Assembly (NCBI GenBank): GCA_028534125.1
Contig: CM052818.1
Location: 6,822,001-6,886,000 of the forward strand
Source of the DNA: Lama glama
Lineage: Eukaryota
Reading direction: 5' to 3'
DNA length: 64,000 nucleotides
Shown here: positions 1 to 10,877 of the stretch, one piece after another
Layout of the letters: each line of letters begins with the position of its first letter
Position numbering within the stretch: position 1 is the first letter of the stretch
Translations under genes and position numbers: made by a program
Notes under the pieces: generated by a model
Seen by the model: only the letters and a program-made list of their open reading frames with translations
The model's database searches: none
What the model was told of the DNA's origin: nothing

Positions 1-229
1 AATTGGGAGATGCTGAATTTGAGTTTGAATTATGTTTGGGTATGGAGTTTCACAATGGCCACGACCACCTTAGCTTTAAAAATCGTGCAATAGAATCCTC
101 TGAATATTCGTGCGGTCTTTTTGGATTCAGTAAACTTAGTCCTTTATCACTTCCTGGTTCAGTTGATGAAATATGCACTAAGTGAAAAAGGTTTTTCAGT
201 GTTAATTTAATTGTGCCTTATATTCTTAG

Positions 230-427
230 GAATTCGCTGATTCCCTTGGAATTCCATTTTTGGAAACCAGTGCTAAGAATGCAACAAATGTAGAACAGTC
301 TTTCATGACGATGGCAGCTGAGATTAAAAAGCGAATGGGTCCTGGAGCAACAGCTGGTGGTGCAGAGAAGTCCAATGTTAAAATTCAGAGCACTCCGGTC
401 AAGCAGTCAGGTGGAGGTTGCTGCTAA
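230..427 (+). CDS. RAB1A: RAB1A small GTPase, last coding exon ([65 protein letters not shown])
   Basis: Acceptor ttcttag ends at 229. Manual translation gives the G5 ETSAK motif and the C-terminal GGGCC prenylation motif of Rab1A; TAA at 425-427. Absent from the ORF track. Confidence 0.98.
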
Positions 428-2055
428 AATTTGCCTCCGTCCTTTTCTCACAGCAATGAATTTGCAATCTGAACCCAAGTGAAAAAACAAAATTGCCTGA
501 ATTGTACTGTATGTAGCTGCACTACAACAGATTCTTACCGTCTCCACAAAGGTCAGAGATTGTAAATGGTCAATACTGACTTTTTTTTTATTCCCTTGAC
601 TCAAGACAGCTAACTTCATTTTCAGAACTGTTTTAAACCTTTGTGTGCTGGTTTATAAAATAATGTGTGTAATCCTTGTTGCTTTCCTGATACCAGACTG
701 TTTCCCGTGGTTGGTTAGAATATATTTTGTTTTGATGTTTATATTGGCATGTTTAGATGTCAGGTTTAGTCTTCTGAAGATGAAGTTCAGCCATTTTGTA
801 TCAAACAGCACAACCAGTGTCTGTCACTTTCCATGCATAAAGTTAGTGAGATGTTCTATGTAAGATCTGATTTGCTAGTTCTTCCTTGTAGAGTTATAAA
901 CGGAAAGATTACACTATCTGATTAATAGTTTCTTCATACTCTGCATATAATTTGTGGCTGCAGAATATTGTAATTTGTTGCACACTATGTAACAAAACAA
1001 CCGAAGATATGTTTAATAAATATTGTACTTATTGGAAGTAATATCAAACTGTATGGTGATAAGTATTGTTTTAATTCTTATGGCTAAAGGGAAATAGAGC
1101 CTTGCATTATACTCAAAACAGCCATTTGTGTGTGCAACCAGGGCACTGTAGACCTATCTTAGAGCAGCATCCAATATGCTTTCCAGATAATATACCCAAT
1201 AAATGACCTAGGGAGGCTTCTGTGCTGTATAGGGATTTAACCAAGCTTAGTGGTTCAGGGAGATTACATAAATTGTATGAAAATAAGTTTAGAATGTATG
1301 CAGTCTAGCTTATTATCTCTGATCCTTCGCTAAAACCATTGGAAATGGCTTCGTTGATCAACATTTTGCTAATTCTTCTGTGACAGAGGTGGAAAGCGGC
1401 ACACCTTTCTTAACTGGCAGATGATTAGACTGACAGGTGTGCTAGTACTGTTTCTTCCATGCCTGGAGTCAGATGTCAGCCATCCTCCACAACTATGTAA
1501 CTTAGGTTGGAGGAGAGTTAAGGCATTGAAGTAGCAGAAAATGAACTATTTGCCCTAATTTTAGAAATTATATCCCTTTAAATTAGCTGAAAACACAAAT
1601 GCTGGGTGGGAATGATAAATGAGAGAAATATATTTATTTCAGTGGAATTTTGCACATGTGAAATTTTGTTAACTAGGACCTTAACGATCCTAGGGTTGGT
1701 TTTTATTGTGGGGAACAAAAATCTTTTGCTAGCACTGGCATTTTAAGGTAATAGAAGTCAAAGATTGTTTCCTTGGGGTTGAAGTAGCAGCCAAAACATT
1801 CTTTACTTAGGGGCTTGGGATGTGGCTGTTGGCAACACATTTTATGGTGGGGGTCTTTAATTCAGTGATAAAATTTAAACTAAAAACAAGCCAAAAATTA
1901 TAGGTTTCTTTATTTTCACTAAACAGGCAATTGAAATACATGGTACAAAAATAAGTGGTTAAGATTATTGTAAAATGAAATGGACAGAATAAATATTCAA
2001 TTTAATTTTCCATCTATGAGAATTTCACAATAAAATCACAGTTTACTTTGTATTA
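428..2055 (+). other. RAB1A: RAB1A 3'UTR with tandem poly(A) signals
   Basis: AT-rich, repeat-free sequence after the stop. AATAAA at 1015-1020, 1198-1203, 1988-1993 and 2029-2034; T/GT-rich sequence follows the distal site. The end coordinate is an estimate. Confidence 0.8.
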
Positions 2056-5000
2056 TAGATGTGCTTGTTGGATCTATTCATCCTCACATAAGGCAACTGA
2101 AAAATTTCTCAAGTTACCAGTAATTTGGGTGAAATTTTTTATTAATGTTTCAAAAGGTTTGGGTTTTGGGGTTTTTGTTTTTTTTTTTTTTGCCTTATCA
2201 ATATAGTATAAAGGGGAAAAGAATTCAGAAACTAATTTTTAAAGTAGATGAGTGATACAAATGTTAGTGTGATACACTTTGGTTTTTTAATACAGCAAGT
2301 TGTTCAAACTGTCAGCTTATTCTTGTGAGTTAGCAAAAAACATTACATGAATTTAAGATGTAGGCATATTTACATACTTACTGAGTTTTGAAAATTCCAG
2401 TGTTCTTTCCCCCATGGCAGTTGAGACTGGGGCTTACTGCAAGATGTCTTGCCATGCTTCGCTATCTGCTTTTATGAATTTACCCATAAATGCAGTTTTG
2501 AAAAAAAAAATGTATTCCCATTCCTATCCCCATTTTCAAGTACAAACACTTCAAGCTACTATGGGCTTTAATAGTCTGTTCACTCAATAAATGGAATTAA
2601 TGCTTTGCTGTATTTTAAATGTAAGTGGCTACCATGAATTACCTTACAGATGTGAAGAGTTTTCTAAATCTAAGCAGTCACAGTCTCTGTGAAATCCTTG
2701 CAGAATGATAGCTGTTCTGGTCTGAGTAGTAACTATTTGTTCTTTGACCTTGGACCAAACCTCCTTTAGCATATATGTTACCATTGCATTATATTTTATA
2801 TCAGCCCTTCTTTATGATCCCATTTAAGCTTTAAAACAGTCCTGTATTGACACTCCTATTTGCAGATCATCTTAGCCAGGGAGCTGTGACAAGAACCCAG
2901 GTTTTCAAACTGCCAGCCCAGGTTCTAGTACTGCCAGATTCCAGTGGACTTAAGTTCTACTAATTTAAAGGGAACTACTAAGAAAATTTACTGCAGGTAA
3001 ACTTGGAATTTCATAACCACGTTAATGTCACTGTAAGCCACTGCTGTTAAGGCTAACGTGTACCACAGCACACTGGCCAGCCAGGCTGTTTGAATCTAGC
3101 CTGGCCACGTTTGCTCGTGGAATGCTGCTGGCAGCATCTTCCGAGGCGGAAACCGTTTCAGCTTGAGTTTTTTAAGGGAGGTCTTAAACTTCTTACAGCG
3201 CTGCCGAAGATGACATTAAGTTGTACTGATACTCTTAAGCGGCATTCACAGCTAGGTCCAGAGTAGGCACCCTTCAGTCACACCTTATTTCAAAGGAAGT
3301 GAACAAAAATATCTTAGGTCATCTCTAGGTAAAGTAGTACTTTCTTGGGAAACAGGGTACTCTGAAGTAAAATACTCTGTGAAAATTCTTGTCAGTTGAA
3401 GCTGATTATAATTATTAGGTTGAATGGCAGAATGGCATGTTCAGCTATTCATTATTATAAAGGGTTGTCATCTTCAGTTTTTGCTAAGTAAGAGACTTAT
3501 TTTCTTGTCTATCAAATGTTAGTAAATACTCCCAAGGGCTATCCTGTAACATACACAGTGGAAAGACATGTGCCAACTGATAGCTCTAAGAGAAGGTGAA
3601 ATACATCAATTTAAGAACAGAGGCCATTAGACATGTCTTTTTAACCAGTTCTAGGCTTTTAGGAGGATTTTACATATACAATGATTTGCTAAGGTGTTCT
3701 TTCTAAATCTCATTATGTACGGAACCAAGATTACAGTGGAGCTGGCAGAATCCTAATACGCAGCTTAGTTCTGATCATGCCCTTAAGCATTATGGTAAGT
3801 CATCCCAGAGTAGCAGAGGCACCTGAAACACTGCACTTTATACAGCTACTGTTGAATTTTATATTTTTTCCTTAATTGTTAAGTATTAGAATTTAACAGC
3901 TTATTTTCCAGTATAAAGTCTGAGAAATTTTAAAGTGGGGAAGTCACATTTAATGATAGGGTTTTACTGCATATGGAGGTGGATGAGATGATAAGATTAT
4001 GTGGTTCAGCCCCCAAAACTAAAGCCCTAAAAGTCCTTTTGTTTTGGTTGGGGGGGGTTCAGGTTTATTTATTTCTAGAAGTGGTTCTGGGGACTGAACC
4101 CAGGACCTTGTGCATGCTAAGCATGCACTCTACCACTTCTTCCTCTAAACTTCTTTTAACAAGGGTAATTTTGTATTAAATATTTTGTCCGGAGAGACAG
4201 TCTGCTTTATGAAAATAATTGTTCTAATGTCACTTGCTCTGGGTTCAGATGACTTGTTCATTTCTTTATAAACTTAAAAGATCTTCCTTTCTTAAGCGCA
4301 CTCCTTGAATGTGAATCTGGAGTTTGAAAAAAGATAAATTTAAGTGTGAAGAACCCCTTCCTTAAGGCTTAGTCCACTGTAGTGCTAAAAATACACGGGG
4401 GAAAAAGTGCTTCCTCCTTCCATATTCATTCATGGCCCAACAGAACTTTTTTTTAAGTGCCTTTTTTTTCCTTAGTTTTATGCAAAATCTGTGGTTCCTA
4501 GCAATAGCTGATCATTTTTCTTTAAAAAGCCATAGAATTGGCTTTAAGTGGTTGATCAGATTTTTTTCTCTGAGGTACTTACATGTCAACTCCCAAAGCA
4601 ACAAAGAATTCCCTTTTTTCCTTCACTTTTGACAGCCTTAGTTTCTATAGTTAGCCAGACTGTGTGATTCTGTCCACGGCCTTCCCTGACCTGACCACTC
4701 CTCCAAGGGAGAGCAGGAATGGAGGCTGCCTCCTCCTAGGGGTACCCTTAAGGTAGATCAGTCAGTCCAGAGCCCTGGGGAAGCTCAGCAGCAGTTCCCT
4801 AAGTCCCTGACACATTTTTCTTTGAGATACTAGCTAGGCAGGCAGATGGAGCCCTAGGCCCTTAAGATGATAAAAGGTATGCTGACAGCCCAAAATAATT
4901 TGTAGAGAGATCTGTTCAGAAACTTCTATTAATTTGGAGAGTTAAAGTCTCTTCTGTAACCTTCAAAGAGGGATTTATAATAAAGCCTAAGCTTCATTTT

Positions 5001-5438
5001 GTGAAGTTCCAAGTTCCTGGCCAACCATTCGCTTTTTTCAGTCTCTTGGATCCTCCTGTGTGCCTGCGGATACCAGGCATTTGGTATCTTCTTTCTCATG
5101 CCAGCCTTCTTTAAATGATCTCAGCAGGTGGACTAGTTACAGAAGCTGTCTCCTCTTTTTAACTGGATGGAGAAGGAAAGACCTTTAAGCCTCACTGGCA
5201 TTATTTATCAAAAACGCAAAGCTACGTGCTCTATGTAGAGAAGCACCAAAAGGAAAACCTTAGTTTGGAAGGATTCATTTTAAATAAAAATAGTAACTCA
5301 ATAGCCCTTACTTCAGGGAAGAGAAAGGCATTTTAAAGCTAGTACATTAGAGTTAGGTTTCCCCCTTGATTTCATTGTTAAATGGCTCTCACAAGGACTT
5401 CCTGCAAGTTTCCTACTAGCCAGGTTTTGGCTGACCGA
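1890..5438 (-). other. CEP68: CEP68 3'UTR (non-coding part of the terminal exon)
   Basis: Follows the acceptor at 5463-5465 and the stop at 5439. Minus-strand AATAAA (tttatt on +) at 4064-4073, 2138-2143, 1909-1914 and 1702-1707. The distal end is inferred. Confidence 0.6.
4037..4140 (-). mobile_element. tRNA-Ala-derived camelid SINE (Vic-1-like) in the CEP68 3'UTR
   Basis: Reverse complement reads AGTGGTAGAGTGCATGCTTAGCATGCACAAGGTCCTGGGTTCAGTCCCCAG (tRNA-like, B box) then an A-rich tail; closely similar to the copies at 10.8 kb and 58.9 kb. Confidence 0.85.
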
Positions 5439-5462
5439 TTACATCTCTGCCTGAGAAGACGC
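5439..5462 (-). CDS. CEP68: CEP68 terminal exon, predicted coding start (ASSQAEM*)
   Basis: Strong acceptor cttctctttctctttcag before 5462; a phase-0 join to the exon ending at 6433 gives GCG TCT TCT CAG GCA GAG ATG TAA. Confidence 0.65.
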   Translation of the reverse strand, partial: ASSQAEM

Positions 5463-6432
5463 CTGAAAGAGAAAGAGAAGCTTGTTACAGGCGGAATGCT
5501 GCAGAGGAAGAAATGACACAGTAGTCACCTGCATTCACTTTAGCACCGAAATGACTACTGCTCAAATTTATTTGATACAAATACAGGGACTTGCTGCTCC
5601 TGACATACCAGGAATTTACATCCTTTACCCTCTCTTGTCTACAGTGAACTCTCACCTGAAAAACCTGAGTTGAACAGCACATTTTGGTTGTAGGAGAGAA
5701 AGTTTCAGAGAAAGTATGCTCCTGTTGTGGAATCACGTTGGGCAGTGGTAACTCCATTGACACCAACCCCTCTGCTCTTAGCACCCCCTTTCCTGTCATT
5801 CCTGTTTGACCTTTCAGAGATGAAAAGGAAACTGTACTGTTGCATCTCCAAGGTATGGTACTCCCATCTACTCCCCTAGCCCTTTATGGAAAGGACTATG
5901 GAAAACTTGCAGAGAGCCTTTTTGGGAAAAGGAGGTATGGGGAGTTATCAGTAACTCTGGATCCCTGTGGGCACGTGCTGCTGTCCAGAGCTGCTCAGAG
6001 ATGGAGTACAGAGCTGCTCGGAGATGGAGTACCAAATGAGGTGGGGGAGAGGACTGCAGAGCAGAGGCAGCCTGTTAATGGCTCTGTACTGGAGGAGCGT
6101 ACGTGTGCAGGCATTAAAAAGCAGGTATTGATAAATTTGGGGGTGGGTGACAGATCTGCCAAAAAAAACAGTGGAAGCACAGAGGTGAAACTGAGTAATG
6201 GAGACCACCACAGTAAGCGTTCCTCACCACAGGAGTTCCCCCTCCCCCACCCCGTTCCTGGCATTGGAGCATCTCCCTTTTTCAGGACCAGGGGCTCTCC
6301 CAGCATCTCACTTATTTCAGTAGCTCTTAGCTCAGTAAGCTTCTAACAGTCAGTTGTCAGAGCAGGGGCTCGGTACCGTAGCCTGGCACTGGGGTCCAGG
6401 AACAGACTCTTCTCTTGGGTTGCTCCACTTAC

Positions 6433-6605
6433 CAGGCTAATGCCCTTCACACTGGCGCTACTGTGAGCCACTGGCGTGTTGTCAGGGAGGAGGGTGCAGC
6501 CAGCCAGCATGTCCAGAGAGGATAAGATGGTGTCGTACAGGTGATCTGCGTGGCTCTCCAGCTCACTGGGCTGCTTGGAGATTCTCCTGAGGACATCCTT
6601 TAACA
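6433..6605 (-). CDS. CEP68: CEP68 exon 6 (VLKDVLRRISKQPSELESHADHLYDTILSSLDMLAGCTLLPDNTPVAHSSASVKGISL)
   Basis: Acceptor catttgttag, donor CTG|GTAAGT; 173 nt, phase 1 to 0; matches the C-terminal region of CEP68 as recalled. Confidence 0.9.
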
Positions 6606-8834
6606 CTAACAAATGAGGTTTAAGGCAATTAGGCCAAAGAAACAATGCATTTTCAAAAGCACACACAAGGGTGTAGCACTTTATACAAGACAGGAACACA
6701 AGTTTCAGTGTCCACTTTTTTTGACAGTCTCCAGGGACCATACTGCGCTGGAGGATCTTAAGTTGTTAACTTCTGGCTAAAGCTGAGACAAGACTTTTAC
6801 TGGCTCCACTCCAAAATTACATAATTCACAAAAAGGCAGAGATATGGTTGTCTGGTGACTGGGATCACCTGACTTTTAGAGATAAAACAGGGCGCACACC
6901 CAGATCCCACGGGGCACAAATAAAAACAGTATGCCAAGGTCAGGACTCTGGATCCTGCTACCAGGTCCTGTGCGCTTCTGCTGGCCGTGGGACTATCATT
7001 TAACATGTGTATAGGTGACCTGGTAACATGGGAATGCTTGTGAACCCTTTTTTGTGGGTCCTAAATGAACAGACTTCAAAAGAAAGTTACCTGAAAGCAA
7101 GCTAAGACAAGGGTTAGTGAGGCCAAGGTTCCATTCATCTGAGGCCAAGTGTCCATCTGAGGAAGGGACGGGCTAGATTCAGAGTGCATCACACACAGCA
7201 GGCTTGTTTTTTTTCTCTTAAAAACTTTATTTCCTTTGTTAAACACAAAGGCTGCTTTCGCTTCCTGCGCCTTTATCAGCTGTGTTCACACTCTCCCTAG
7301 TTTCCTGCCACAGCTGCAACATCTGCTGGCAGCGGAAGGGAGAGGGGAAGCTGCGTTATCTGCGGAGGATGCTGACAGAGGGGCAGCAGAAGGCACGGGC
7401 TGGCTGTGTGGAGGTCAGCCCTAGGGAAGCCACACCTGTGCAGCAGCAGCAGGGCACAGTGCTGTCCCGACAACTCCCAAGAGGCGGCAAGGCAGGCTGG
7501 GGAGTGCGGCCAGGCTGCATGGTTCTGCTCGCCAGAAAAGGAGAATGGCTGGGTTCTCCCCGACATGTTCACCAGACCTTTGCTCAGTCTTCCTGTGCGT
7601 GGTCAGTGGAATTCAGGGGACCTTATCTTCTGAACTTTCATTTTAGAATGTTAGAATGGTTGGTTGGGGCCAAATAAAAGGCAAGTCGGGAACAGGGATG
7701 AGATTATCTTTCCCAGTAAGACTTTGATGTTTTTAATTGAAAAATGTATACAGGGGGCTGGTTCAATTCACATCAGTAGGGTCCAGTCATTTGATCCAGT
7801 ATAATGAGAATTTGGGGTGTCGGACAGGACTGTCAACTCATGCACCAAAGTAACTGGGTCAAAATGTAGCGAAAACCTGCCATGTGGCCACAGGGACACC
7901 TCTGGCTGGAGGCGGAGATGGGGGCATCCATCATGAAGGGATTAACATGGCTTCCTGCCCCTCAGGTTATACTTGTGGCCGAGGAGGAAAGCAGGCTCTG
8001 AAGAAGCTGGAAGGGAGTCCATCTGCTCAGGCTCTACTGACTCTGAGAGACTCTCTAGAGAGAACGGTTGTGCACCTAATTGGAGAGACCCTGTGAATGT
8101 CAAGGGGAACTCGTGATTTTCACAAAACTGCCAAGTTCCTGACTGTCCTAAGCAGAGGATCAGGAGGGGCAGGGTGTTAATCTCAGCGAGCCTGGATACA
8201 GATCTGAAAACCACAGAAAACCCAAAAACCTCTTACCTGGGCAGTAAAATACCTCTAGACTCCTTTGGAGAGAAGGGCAAAATAAGGATAAATTATTACA
8301 GATTAAGTCCTGAGAAATATTACTGAATTGATTTTTAAATGAAGGTCAAAAAAGCTGTACTTTTAAAAGGCCCACTGCTACATGTGGCCTCCAGGAAGCT
8401 TCCTTCCTACTCAGGCTTCTGCTCCCCCCAGGAGCCCGGGAGCCCACACACAGGCGCTGGAGTCTGGCGGCCACTCCTTGTGTAGCCCAAGGAAAACTCA
8501 CAGCTCTGTGAGGTGAGGGAGTAACAGCATCCACCTCACAGGGCTTCGATTAAATGGAAAAAAAAAAAGTGGTATGTCAACTCCTTCAGCACAGTGCCTG
8601 ACACACAGTATTCAGTAAAATGCTGGTGTAGTTACAAGTGGCAAAGGAACTCAGCATTCTGAATTTCTGTCCCAGTAAAACCCAAAAAACCCTAGTGCAA
8701 GAGAACATCAGAAGAGCCAACGCAAGGCCTCCTGCAGAGAATGCAAAGAGCTCACATAGTTCACACTGGATAATTCATGCCCTGCTGAAATCCCTTCAGT
8801 GGCTCCTCGTCCCATCAGAACCCCTCTGTCTGTT

Positions 8835-9032
8835 CAGTTCTCAATCCTGGTGTTTTTTCCCTCCCACGGGATGCTGGCAATGTCCGGAGATACTCAGGGC
8901 TGTCACAACTGGGGAGGTGCTACTGGCCTCTAGTGGGTAGAGGCCAGGGCTGTTGCTAAATGTCCTGCAATAACAGAACCACCTCCCTCACAACAAAGCA
9001 TTGTAGGGCCCAAAATGTCGAGAGTGCTCAGG
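8835..9032 (+). mobile_element. MER20-like hAT DNA transposon fossil
   Basis: ggcaatgtccggagata...gtcacaactggggaggtgctactggcctctagtgggtagaggccaggg...gcccaaaatgtc resembles the MER20 consensus and the copy at 58.2 kb. Confidence 0.8.
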
Positions 9033-9954
9033 GGGACTCCATACCACCTCCCTACCGTGCACCCGCCCACTGCTGTTCAGGAAAGCGCCACCTCACTGCC
9101 TCTCTAAGAGAGCCAGTGGGTCCTGACCAGTTTTGCTTATATTGTTTGCTTCCAGCGTAAACCTCACTTCATCCCAAAACCCAGGCATAAAACAGGTGAG
9201 CTCTTTCCGCGCTTGGTTGTTCCGTCTTACAGGAAATAAGGGGCTGCTTTGGGGGGTCCATCAGTTCACTGCTTTAACCTAGCACTCTCCTAGCTCATTC
9301 TCCATATCATATCTGCCCCCAGCAAGGACAAGGCCAATGGGAAAGCCCTGCACCCTGTATGCTGAGATGTACTCCCCAAGACCATGATCTCCACACTTCT
9401 CTAAGCTGGGAACCCATCCTGTAACAAGGGCTCGAGCTTAGTTTGTGCACCATCTTCCACCTGTTCCCCTCCCATCAGTTGACTTCTTCCTTCAGTCTGT
9501 TCCCGGAGAATAGACCAACCACTTTTGGATCCTGGAACAAATTCCTCCCCAAAGCAGATAACCAGAGAGGGGTTTAACCTGCACTGGGAGAGAAGACCCC
9601 TGGGGCTCCCCACTGTGAACACCCTACGTGAAAACCAAGCCAGCATTCCCACCCTAGACACCACCAGGGAAAGACAAAAGCAGTGTCAGTCCTACAGGCG
9701 CAACGCCTGACTTCTCCCTGCACCTGCAGGCCTGCAACTGCCTCATTGTGGTTGCGGGGCCGTGATGTGAGGGGCTGCGGACAGTCGCAGGCATCCTAAG
9801 GCAGTGGGTGCGGATGGGAGGGGGTCTTCCACCACTGGCTCCTTCCCAGGGACAGTATGGGTCTCCGGACTCACCCTGAGAGGGATTAAACTGGCTAAAT
9901 TCACCCCCCCCAAAAGAATTAAAAACAAAAAACAAAAAACCCCAAGCATCTCAC

Positions 9955-10051
9955 CTGGAGTATTATCCAACAGGCACTGAAGAAGAATCTCCCCTTTCTG
10001 TAAGACACTCTCCGTCAGAGACTGGTGTTCATCTATTTCTTTCTTAAATTG
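9955..10051 (-). CDS. CEP68: CEP68 exon 5 (QFKKEIDEHQSLTESVLQKGEILLQCLLDNTP)
   Basis: Acceptor tgctttaag, donor CAG|GTGAGA; 97 nt, phase 0 to 1; spectrin-repeat-like CEP68 sequence. Absent from the ORF track. Confidence 0.95.
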
Positions 10052-10748
10052 CTTAAAGCATATCAGGAAAAAAGAAAAGAAACTTCATCACTATCATTTT
10101 GTCAAAGTTAATGGAAATGATCCCTTGCATGGTAAATGGATTTCCCTTTAACCGTCCAGTCCTGAAAATTCCCCAAGTAAACAGTACAATAGTTTAACTT
10201 CACCTTCTTTGAGCCCAAGGCCAACAGAGTCAATCCTCTTTTCTGCTTACAGTTGGACAAAAGGAGCATTTTCTCTTCTCTGGCAGAGCCTGGCTCATGA
10301 ACAGCCTGGAGTCAGGGTTTCCTGCTCATGCTACAGCTCACAGGGCTCTCTGTAAACTCACAGGGCTATGAGAGTCTCACACTCACAGTCGTCTATACCA
10401 ACAGGCCTAGTAAGTAAGAGCCACAAGAGAGGTGCCGTTAACCTGACCACAGGGAACTGCTGCCTCCACCCCACTCCCCCTCAGGGTCCTGCTGCCTGTG
10501 GACCTTAGGCCTCGGGAAGGCATCAGGGAAGCTGAGTCCCCTAAGCAGCTGACCTCTTTCTTCCTCTCAGTAGCCAGCCTTGTAGCTGTTTCTGATGTTC
10601 CTTTACCTGCTAAGATGTAAAGTCAAATCCATTACCACCTTTAATACAGGGTGCAGGAACTGGTGGTTCACATTTTGAAGCTGTAATTTTACTTTTGGAT
10701 TTACTATACTCCTGTCTTCACTATTCCTGGACCCTAATACGTGCACTT

Positions 10749-10877
10749 GTTGTTTTTCTTTTTTTTGGGGGGAGAGGTACTGTTTACTTATTTATTTTTA
10801 GAGGAGGTACTGGGGATTGAACCCAGGACCTTGTGTATGCTAAGCATGTGCTCTACCACTCAGCTATACCTCTCTCC
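10749..10877 (-). mobile_element. tRNA-Ala-derived camelid SINE (Vic-1-like), near full length
   Basis: Reverse complement GGTATAGCTGAGTGGTAGAGCACATGCTTAGCATACACAAGGTCCTGGGTTCAATCCCCAGTACCTCC plus A-rich tail; flanked by direct repeat TGCACTT (10742-10748, 10878-10884). Confidence 0.9.

Noticed and set aside
5840..6346. 168-aa plus-strand ORF in CEP68 intron 6
   Set aside because: TTG start, no recognisable homology, no supporting promoter or splice structure.
7085..7112. Recursive-splice-like gctttcag|GTAACT on - in CEP68 intron 5
   Set aside because: The intron is only ~3.3 kb and the donor is mediocre; likely coincidental.
8924..8940. CTCF-like motif within MER20
   Set aside because: Partial match inherent to the MER20 consensus; nothing in the sequence indicates use.
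10800..10875. tRNA-Ala(AGC) gene
   Set aside because: A-rich tail, TSD and diverged sister copies show it is a SINE.
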